Of a stretch of 64,000 bases of DNA, positions 53,844 through 64,000 are shown in pieces. The translations under genes and the position numbers were made by a program. Below the pieces are notes generated by a model, which had not been told where the DNA came from, did no database searches, and worked only from the letters and a program-made list of their open reading frames with translations. Position 1 is the stretch's first letter; the number at the start of each line of letters is the position of its first letter. This stretch comes from Eledone cirrhosa (Eukaryota): the NCBI GenBank assembly GCA_964016885.1, contig OZ024741.1, positions 63,736,001 through 63,800,000 of the forward strand, in the 5' to 3' direction.

Positions 53844-55900
53844 AACAAGAAGTAATATCGGCAGATACAAGCCGGAAGCTCCGAAGAATATGGAGTGTAC
53901 ATACACTAAAGTCTTGCAAAAATATATAATAAAAATAAAAATAATAAAAATATATAATAAGAATAACTAAGGATGTATATAACATTAAGAACCATATTAC
54001 AAATATAGTCCAAAGCAACTAACCTAAAGCTAAACAAAGGTGGTTATATAGAGCAGGAATTATATATAACACAATGTAATATAATATAATACATTATAAT
54101 AATATACCTTTACCAACATTAAAATTACAATTAAAAATCAAAAGGTACAATATATACGTGTATATATGTGCGCACACACACACACACACACACACACAAC
54201 AATACGCACATCTATGTTCAACTACACAAATTAAGCCTTATTAGGAGTTTGAATATAAAAATAAGCATGATAAGAGTGAAAATAATAATAATACCAATAC
54301 ATCTACCTAATATACATGAGGTAATAATATGATATAATTACAAGAAACACATATAATACATAATAAACAATAAAATTATATAATTCAATATAATATAATA
54401 GATAATCCCCGGTTAATTTACACAAACAATATAGATGTCACAATAATAATATAATGATAATATGTTAACAATGTACTAACATTTACAATAAACAATATAT
54501 ACAAATCGATTCATACTGGGTTACAATAAATAATTATAATCAACCGGAAATTACAAAACAAAAACAAATATATACACATTTAGGTCTCACATGCGGTTAA
54601 GTAGTTAGGTAAAAACTAAGGAAAACAATCACTGTAAATGACTCAAAACCCTATTTGATAAATTAATATTAAAAATATTAAAACTATCCAATAAGGTAGT
54701 ATAATATTAGCTGTAGTTTAAGTCATTAAAGTTTTTAAACTTTAATGTTTCGTTACAAATGTTTGTAAACAAATTTTTGTAATTTCCGGTTGATTATATT
54801 TATTTATTTTATTCTATATTTTATATTCTATTTACTATTCACTGTCTGGCATTTACTTACACATCCACATATGTCTGTCTACTAACCTTGTAATTATAAG
54901 TATTTATATATTATTTTATGTCAATTTATTTTATATAATATATTATATTATATTGTATTGTAACATTGATCCTTATTACTTACTGTTCATTATATGTAAC
55001 ATTATGATATTTAAACTTTATATATCATGTAAGATGTCTGTATTTTTGTAATATTGTAATATTGATCCTTATTACTTACTGTTCATTATATGTAACATTA
55101 TGATATTTAAACTTTATATATCATGTAAGATGTCTGTATATTTTTTTCTGTACCATCATAATTTTTTCTGTACCATCATAGTGTTTTTGAGTATTGTATA
55201 ATTTATTTTTCCTCATTTACTCTGTAACCCAGTATGAATCGATTTGTATATATTGTTTATTGTAAATGTTAGTACATTGTTAACATATTATCATTATATT
55301 ATTATTGTGACATCTATATTTTTTGTGTAAATTAACCGGGGATTATCTATTATATTATATTGAATTATATAATTTTATTGTTTATTATTTATTATATGTG
55401 TTTCTTGTAATTATATCATATTATTACCTCATGTATATTAGGTAGATGTATTGGTATTATTATTATTTTCACTCTTATCATGCTTATTTTTATATTCAAA
55501 CTCCTAATAAGGCTTAATTTGTGTAGTTGAACATAGATGTGCGTATTGTTGTGTGTGTGTGTGTGTGTGTGCGCACATATATACATGTATATATTGTACC
55601 TTTTGATTTTTAATTGTAATTTTAATGTTGGTAAAGGTATATTATTATAATGTATTATATTATATTACATTGTGTTATATATAATTCCTGCTCTATATAA
55701 CCACCTTTGTTTAGCTTTAGGTTAGTTGCTTTGGACTATATTTGTAATATGGTTCTTAATGTTATATACATCCTTAGTTATTCTTATTATATATTTTTAT
55801 TATTTTTATTTTTATTATATATTTTTGCAAGACTTTAGTGTATGTACACTCCATATTCTTCGGAGCTTCCGGCTTGTATCTGCTGATATTACTTCTTGTT

Positions 55901-55957
55901 GTTTTAATTGCCCTGATGAGTCCTTAATAGGACGAAACATTGTCGGCTAATAAAAAC
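55901..55957 (+). ncRNA. Canonical type I hammerhead ribozyme
   Basis: gttttaattgcc-CTGATGA-gtcct-taat-aggac-GAAAC-att-GTC-ggctaataaaaac. Confidence 0.92.
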
Positions 55958-55992
55958 TTTTGATGTATTAAAGGCTTCTTTGTTTTACTCTC

Positions 55993-56053
<61 letters not shown>

Positions 56054-56649
56054 TTATTTATTTATTTATTCATTTCTGTACGTCATCAATTGTTTTAATA
56101 CGGTTTAACATGTAATTCGTTTAACCAACTTTGAATATCAACACTTGTTCTTTTGTAGCACGTACTTGTATTAATGCATGGTTTCTGTGCAAAATAAATG
56201 AACGTATTATCATCGTCATCATTATTGAGATGCCACACTATTTTCAATTTCAAAAAGCAAATCTTTATATTTTCTGAGCTTGTCAAATTCTTTTGCCGCA
56301 ATATTGGGATCACGTGGGATTCTCATATTAATCAATAATCATATGATGTTATTTTGACTTTTTTTTTTACAATAATATCCAACCTGTTAGCTTTGATTGT
56401 TTTGTATATATGTACAAAGAATCGTTAGATTTTCTCCCTCACTTACAGCCTCAACTTGAGGCTTATACCACTTGTCAGCAATTTTGATTTTATAATGCCG
56501 ACATATTAACCAATGTGAATATTGGCCAACAGTTCATTCTTTGATGTATACTTTACATCGAGAGATTAAGTGCTTTACTGTTTCAATCTAATCATTGAAG
56601 AATCGATACCTTGGATCTATTCCTTTTCTCATCACATTGGCTTGAAAGT

Positions 56650-58270
56650 TCCGTGTTAATGAGGTTTGATCTTGAGCAGCTAAAATGAAGCCTTAATTCT
56701 CTGCCTTATCTATGAGATACATAACTATTATTCACATTCATTTGCACAGTGATTGTGTTATTAATACTGGAACATTTAATTGACTCCCTATCAAGTTATG
56801 TGATGTCAGACATTACTTTCTGCAAGATATTTGTGTTCCCAAAAGTGTTGTTTTCTGGAATTTTGTAATGCTGGAGCTGGCTTCAATTCTATCAAGATTT
56901 TTCCTGGTGGTGTTCTGTCACATTTAAAACTTTCTTAAGCTCTAAAATGCCCAGATATTTGTACTCAATCTCCTCAGGATCACCAATCGAATCTCCATCA
57001 GGTAATTCAATCTCGCCACTATGTACATGCCTACCACTATTGTCAGGGTGGCACCCTTTCCGATACCAAATTTCATCCCAATGTCCCCGCCGCACCAGTG
57101 GACTGTATTGATCTGTGAGTTAATTCAAGATTCATTCTTACCAAAATGCTTCAGATCATCCATGGAAAGTAGATAATTGATCTTAGGTCCTATGTTTTCT
57201 ATCTGATAGCCAATATCTATATCCCGTAAGACCATTTATATTGGAATCATGACAATCACAATGAGTAATAGTGAAAAGGAATCCCCTTGAAATTTTTCTC
57301 TTTTTATATTGACCACACCTAGATGTTTATTTCCTGCATACAGATTTGTCTTCCACAAAGGCATACTAGACTCCATTACATTATTAACTCAATCGGCTCT
57401 CCTAAGCATTCTCAAACATTTCAGTACCCATGAATGTTGGACCATGTCAAAGGCTTTCTTAAAGTCTTTCCAAGCAATGCATAAATTCTTTAGAAGTATT
57501 TTCCAGTTAGTCTTCATCGCTTCATCTTAACAGCAAGATGGTCTTTGGTTTCCAGGAAATGTTTCCAACAAACCTTCTCTTCGACAGAAAGCATCTCATT
57601 CTGAATCAAGTGATCAGACATTTTTGCAGCAAAGATGTCAACAGCTTCCAAAGTAAATTCAAGCAAGCAATCGGCCGGTAATTTCCAACAAACGAACCTT
57701 CCTTTTTATACGTCATCATCAAAGTTGTATTTCCGTCAACCATCCAACTTGGAACGTCTTCTTGTACTACTAAATAATTTAGGTGCTTTCCTAGCCTTGA
57801 ATAATCAGTTTTAAATCTTTTCAATCAGAATTCTTGGATCCCGTCTGGTCCGGGGAGATTTCCAGTTTGACATTTCCCTAACTTGCTCTTGAACTTCTTC
57901 CTTTGAAATTCTTTCCCATCTCTATTTTGGTTCAATAGATAACTTATGCTCAACTTCATTTTCCATCACACATCATTGTTATGCTTTTTTGCAATGCTCA
58001 ATAGATTTGACCAAAATTGTATGAATTCTTCAGCATTGGGAGAAACGTCTGCACCATTTTCCCTTTAAGAGCATTTTCTGATTTGCAGAGAACAATCAGT
58101 TCTGTTTGTAATGCTTTTGTCTATTTGTATGGCGTCTAAGCCGATTAGAATGTGCATTAATTCGCTGTTTCACTTCTTCCATCACTACATTCAAACCTTT
58201 CAACTTTATTTAATAACTCATGTCCATGTGTTGTTTCTCCCTTACTTTGGTCTTCTTCCAGTTTCCTCTA
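56650..58270 (-). mobile_element. Decayed R4/Dong-like LINE RT region
   Basis: NYRPIACLNLLWKLLTS, AWKDFKKAFDMVQHSW, FQGDSFSLLL, SMDDLK, YKYLGILE. Confidence 0.8.
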
Positions 58271-58279
58271 TGCCATGCA

Positions 58280-60093
58280 TCACAGAGAAGGTGAGGAGTA
58301 ACACTACCTTCGGTGGGGCTCTAATCAATTTATATCAATCAAAAACTATCGATAGGGTTGACCTTCGCTGCCTGGAGACCGTCATCAAAGCAGCCGGTTT
58401 CAGTCCCGTCTTCAGAGACTGGATGACTGCAATGTACAGTGGCATCTGCTCAGTGGTTAGAGTAAATGGACACTGTTCGGTCCATCAATGATGCCATCTC
58501 TCCTCTCTTCTATATGTGCTGACTGTCCAGCAACTAGTTCGGAAGCTGGAACTATGGCAAGGCATCCCGCTTCAGCCGAGACATTGAGAGGCTGTGTCAG
58601 CATATGCGGACAACTTCACCGTGATAGTATCGAAAACATCGGAAATGGAGGTGGTCGGCAACTCCTTACAGTTGACGGGAGCAACATTTAACCCTCATAA
58701 CTCGGTGGATTTGCAGCTCGGTACTTGGAGACACAAATCCATGCCGATCAACATCTTCGTCGGATGCTAGATCGATGGATCGGTCAGGTTACTTGAGGTC
58801 TGGACCTCCAAGAGGATAGGAACTAGGATGAGGTAATGAGCAGGGTGATTACTTTTACCCTGAAACAGGCCGAGAGAAAGTTATTTTTGAAGGGTTGGGT
58901 GGAGGTGGCGAACGCGTACTTTGCTTCCGTTATCTGTTACTACCTAACTCTCTCGGGTTGCGAGATTGGAGTGTCTGCTCTATCAATTCTTACTGGAGGG
59001 ACAGGTTCCTCTCATCAGGTGGTCTATGTACTACCAACACCCTTTGCACGGAGGGCTGGGAATGCTGTGGCTGACGAGGCACAAACTTGTGACATTTGCA
59101 GATATTGCTAAACGGTCACTGTTTGTGAGGAACGTCTTTTTGCAGGTCAACTCTTTGACAGAGAAGCTGTCGGGGGTCAAGCGAAGACGGAGTGGGCACC
59201 TGACATCGAGTTGTTGTCAGGAGTACACAGCCCCCTACCAATCGGGCAATGCGGTCAGTAGAAATTCCACATTAGTTTTCTATGGGCAAGTGCAACGACA
59301 TTCTAGGAGAGAGTCAATGTGTCAACGAGAACGAACTAGCCAGTTTGTTCCGGAGGACTTTCGGCCCAAGGCCTATGAATAATTACCAGAAATCCCTTAC
59401 TTGGCAATGCTAATGGAATTGATGTCAGACGTGTCTGAGGCGCGTGCAGAGTGACGAAACCGCTCTGCACACACTCGTTCAATGTCCGCCATTCGCTGAT
59501 TTGTGGAGATTTATCGAACAACTATTGTCACGTATGTGACGGATCCGGCAATCGGCCGACTCCATCGTCAAGATCACCGCACCATCTTCGTTAAACCGAG
59601 GACATGCAGTTTCCCTCTATCTGGTGGCTGTAGCAAAAAAAGTTTGTGGAGGACGCGACAGAAAAGACTAAATACAGACACGTTCAATCCCTCATCAACA
59701 TTTTCAAGTTTCATTTGGAAAGACAGGTGATGAGGAGAGGGGATATTGCACCCAGTACATTTATTAAAAGGTGGGTAAATTTAGCAAGGATGGTCCGAGT
59801 TAATGGGCCTAGTTTGAGCATGCGCCTGTTGGTTGGGGAGTTCAAAGAGGAGAAGGGGCGCCTTTCTAGGTTGCTCTTGGCGATTAGAGTGTCTTCGGTT
59901 CTGTGGGGTTCCAGAATCATCCCTGGGCTGCACACGTCCTGATGGGGAATTTTATTGTTCACATTTATTTTCTTGTTAATTCTTACCCGTTTTATTTGTT
60001 TGCACGTTTTTTTTTCAATTATTTGTAAATTCTCGCTGACCCTGTTTTTTGCATTGTTCTTTTATGTTTCAGCCCTAGTGGCCAATAAATAAA
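58280..60093 (+). mobile_element. Decayed Tx1/L1-like LINE
   Basis: ALINLYQSKTIDRVD..GFSPVFRDWM..VRVNG, AYADN, HPLHGGLGM, DETALHTLVQC, aataaa tail. Confidence 0.8.
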
Positions 60094-60117
60094 TGCTAAT
60101 TATTATTATTGTTATTA

Positions 60118-60235
60118 TTACGGCCCTTTATGGTCTGAGTTCAAATCCCGCCGAGGTTAACTTTGTCTTTCATCCTTACGGGGTCGATAAAATAAAGTAC
60201 CAGTAATACACTGTGCAAAAGTAGACACAATTATT
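60118..60235 (+). mobile_element. SINE (5'-truncated)
   Basis: Family core. Confidence 0.85.
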
Positions 60236-60299
60236 ATTAGCCTAAATTTTATTGTGCCTCGTCACAGCATTACCGAACACATCTCTCTTCGCCTTGGGT

Positions 60300-63200
60300 A
60301 TGTGTAGTATGATTTGGGTGGTATTGTTTCTATTGTATTGAGAATACACTTCGTAATATGTGTGCAGGGCCTGGTAGTGCTATTGTCTGCAGGCTATGTA
60401 TACTTGAGAGTTCTGGGGCTTTGTTTATGTTATTTAACATCCTCAGAGTACCTATTATTAGAGGTACTGTTTCTGTTTTCACCATCCTCATTCGGGTTAT
60501 CTCTATTACTAGGTCTTTGTATTTGGTTAGTTTCTCCATTTCCATGTTAGATACATTGTCGTTTACGGAGATTGATACATAACTTAGAAGACACTTCTTT
60601 TCTTTGTAGTTTTTGATTTCCCTGCCTGTGCATATCCCAGAGTATGGCTGAATTGTCATTCCCTGAAACCTTTTGTGGTATGTGTCTCTACCATCGTTTT
60701 TCTATTGGTACTTCGTAAGGTTGACATAAATTCCAGTGTATGTAAATTCAAACTCTATCATGTTTGTGGATATATTGCGTTTTCGCTTAGTCTAGGCTGT
60801 CAGAGGTAATTTTTTCTTTCCCATCTCTACGTATTCTGCAGTTGCTTATTTTTTTCTGCTTCAATGTGTGCTTCTGGTGGGAAGGCGTTAATATTTTGCT
60901 GCGATTGAAATCCTTCTGTTTCGGCTTTTACTCCAGTGCCTCATAGCCTGTTTAGTAAGTTTGGCTTACTTTTTCGGGTATTGGCCATGTAAGAATTTAT
61001 CTTGCCATTATTTTAACATGGCAAGGGCGGTGGATTGGCAGTATCGGTATAAGAAACCATTATTTTAACATGGCAACCTGGAGGTCTGTTTTTAATTAAG
61101 TTTTTGTTTTTCACAATTTCTGTTGTTTATTCTTTGTTTTCATTTTCCTCACAGTTATCTGTCAATCAAGTTTGTGGTTTGAATTTGTTGGCTTCCTTGA
61201 GATAGAGAACAATTGGTTTTGTTTTGTTCGTGTTACTATTAATTTTCCTTTCTTCTTCATTAAATATTTTTGTAGTTCTGTAGTGTTATTTTATAATAGT
61301 TTTTAAGTTACATAAGACATTTTTCTCCTTACGTTCACCGTAGACATCGTGTTTCTACATCTGAAATTGGATGGTGTATTCTGAATGCAGTAATTACAGT
61401 AATTATTTTTCTAGTTTTTTTTATGTCTATTCCAGCTAGTTCTTCTAGTGTCCACTTCAGAATATTAAACCAATAGCTTATTATTTGGGATCGGTAGAGT
61501 ATTAATGCTAATTACCTTATTAGTTGTATTTAGTTTAGTTTTAAATAGTAATTTAATCCATCCGTAGTATTCCTTTTTAATCTTCTCTTTCATCAGTGTT
61601 TGGTGAATCTTGTCTAATTTGTTGATTCCTAAGTATTTCTATGTCTGTGGTTGATCTAATTCTCTTAACTCAGTTTCTTTAACATGATATTAGTGTTTTT
61701 CATTAGTTTTCATCTTATCGGAGTTGCCTTGACTCTTTTTTTTCCAACGCCCATGCCTATTTCATTTGTTAATCCATTTACTGTCTCTAGTAGTACTGCG
61801 AGTTGTCGCTCGTCTGCATAATACAGCTTTATATCATCTATATACAAGAGACGGTGATATAAATTGAGGTCATGTCTGAAATATTTTTTTTTGGGGGGGG
61901 GGGGTGTTAATGAACACAACCACAAGGATATGGTCCGAACGTGGAAGAGCTGAACTCCCACTGTCACTGCCTCCATCTCTCTCGCCTTCGCCATCTTTCC
62001 GTATGGTAAGCAAATGGGGTCCCACGTGCTGGCCTTCCCACAGCCCCGGCGGACAAAATGGAGAAGGCATTTTCTCGGAGGATGGTAAGGGAGATGCGCT
62101 GGAAGAGCCATTCCAACTCGCAAGGTTCACACCTGCGGCTGGCCAGCTCAGCGCCTATGGTGGTGAGTAGGGATGTAGCTCTAGAGCCAAGGAAACCAGA
62201 AGTCTCCACTGCTAAGAGCCTGACCACGAACCTGTCGGAGAGCGATCGGTACTTTACTTTTCTTGTTGTATCACTCATGTCCCCCATCCAGTTCTGTTTA
62301 GTTTCTCAGATAATAGTATCAGTGCTCTGTAGAAAAGCAACTGGTCTTTACAGCCATATGAACCTTTGTAGCATCTTTTCTGTTCTTCCGAAAGCAGGTT
62401 GTGTTTTTTCTTCAGGTGTTTGATCAATTTCTGCGAAAACATTGCAGTTAAACTTTTGTATGTTATATGAAGGAATGTTATGAGCCTGCAGTTATCAGTG
62501 TTGGCTGTTTAATTATTCTTGGGGATCAGGATGGTTTCCCCTTAGTGAGCCAGTCAAGTATTTTTTGTAGCTCTGTCAGTATCTCATTAATTACATCATG
62601 TGTCTCTGTTAAATACTTCAACCAAAAGTTTGGGATCTTGTCACATCCCGGTACCATCCAGTTGCTTCCTTTTTTTCAGTGAGCTAGACACATCATCTGC
62701 TGAGATATCTTCCCACAGTTGTTCAAGTGCCGTGTTCGTTATTCTTGCTAGTTCTATGCATTTTTATTTCCCTTCTCTTTCTACTCATAATATTCTCCTG
62801 AACTCTTCCGTTTCTTTTAATTTCGGGATATATTTACCACCATTTTGCTCCTATTAAGTTCCTGGTAGAGTCGTTTTAGTTTGGAGTGAAATAGCTGGTT
62901 TTGTTAAAAAACAATCATTCGGCGCTATTCATTACTCCAGATTATTTGTGCCTTTGCAGGTATTTATTGTCTTAGGCATTCTTTAGCCTCCAGGAATTCC
63001 TTTTCTGTTATATTTCTTCTGTACACTTATTGTCTTTCCAATTACTGTTTTGTTGTTTTCTTTCCTATTTCGTTTACGATTCAGAGGTCTTTTCTTTTGT
63101 TTTCTATCTTTTTTCATTGTAACCATGTTTGACCATAGAAAGATCTGTTCTTTGGAGTTCTTGGATTATTTTTAGCTGAATCATATTGTGGTCTTGATTT

Positions 63201-63600
63201 CGTCTTTAGGGTTTCTTTTACCTAAATCTTTTCATTTACATTTTTGGCTGTGTTGTCCTGAACCAGTTTTTATTTGTCAATACTCTGTATGTCTAATAGT
63301 GTTGGGGTTGCGTTTTGTTGTTTACTATATCTGTTTTGGTTATGTCGATTTTATCTTCATGTTCTAACTTCCCAATATGTTTATGTTCGTTGTTTTGTGT
63401 TCGTTATTTGTGTTTTATGTATTTGTTCATTTAAGAGCACTATTTCCATGTATGATTTTTTTGCTTTGTTTTTAATATGTATCTCCTTAAATTTGCTACT
63501 TTGTTTGGCTCTAACGCTAAATAAGAGTGTGGGTTGGTTCTTGCCAGATTTTATATGTGTTGTTATTTCCATTTTAAGCTATAGTGTTGTAAGATATGCC
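60300..63600 (-). mobile_element. Decayed R4/Dong-like LINE (RT + RLE) with nested insertions
   Basis: PGCDKIPNFWLKYLT, LLYIDDIKLY, EKLTKYKDLVIEITRM..VPLIIGTL..AHILRSV. Confidence 0.8.
61895..62290 (-). mobile_element. CRE-like LINE 3' fragment nested in the R4-like element
   Basis: KVKYRSL..LAVETSGFLG..WLFQRISLTILRENAFSIL. Confidence 0.8.
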
Positions 63601-64000
63601 GATACTTAAAGTCCGATTTCCTATTTCGAATGAGGAATATCATATGGATATATACCCATCGTTTATAAAATTGAGGACAGCCCAACGAGAGGAGCTGAGA
63701 CAGTGTATCATGTGCTTACTCATAGATGAACCCCGCAATAAAAGGTACTAATAAATATGAGTGTCATCTTAAAACATTAATGACGAGATTGTTCCTTGTT
63801 TCGTTATATCTTTTATGGCAAAATATAGACACGAGGTTAGCATTGACGATATGTAATCAAGGTGGATTTTCTGAACATACAAGTCATAAGGACTCCGAAA
63901 CCCCGAAACTATTTCGGAGTTGTACTTCGTAGCGGGTGTGGAGAGGAATAGCAAAATCCCGGCTGCTATAGATTTGACATTATAGGTTACTTAATGAGTT

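Larger units (their letters stand above)
53747..55997. mobile_element. 2.25-kb ORF-less element with ~780-bp near-identical inverted arms, each with an intact HHR
   Basis: Arms 53747-54525 and 55223-55997 (identical 74-aa translation on both strands in the ORF track). AT-rich spacer. (TA)n on the right. Confidence 0.92.

Noticed and set aside
53794-55950. Duplicated 74-aa membrane peptide gene
   Set aside because: Non-ATG, AT-biased frame overlapping the HHR; the duplication is simply the inverted arm.

Overview
AT-rich animal genomic DNA saturated with microsatellites, most likely a coleoid cephalopod/octopus (inferred from SINE and repeat content, not verified). No intact host gene is evident; there are two weak candidate exons. 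Most ORF-track entries are microsatellite artefacts. The window is a mosaic of decayed mobile elements: several families of Penelope-like retroelements (PLEs; RT plus C-terminal GIY-YIG) set in (TA)n tracts, RTE-, CR1/L2-, Tx1/L1-, R4/Dong- and CRE-like LINE fragments, many copies of a tRNA-derived SINE, a Tc1/mariner relic, a hAT MITE and a Helitron. The main signal the ORF track misses is about 24 type-I hammerhead ribozyme (HHR) motifs, intact or degenerate, from roughly ten unrelated sequence families. They lie in PLE pseudo-LTRs, in ORF-less foldback elements and in a 469-bp tandem unit. In one PLE the inverted terminal segment starts at the predicted self-cleavage site. All coordinates and folds were read by eye and need computational confirmation.
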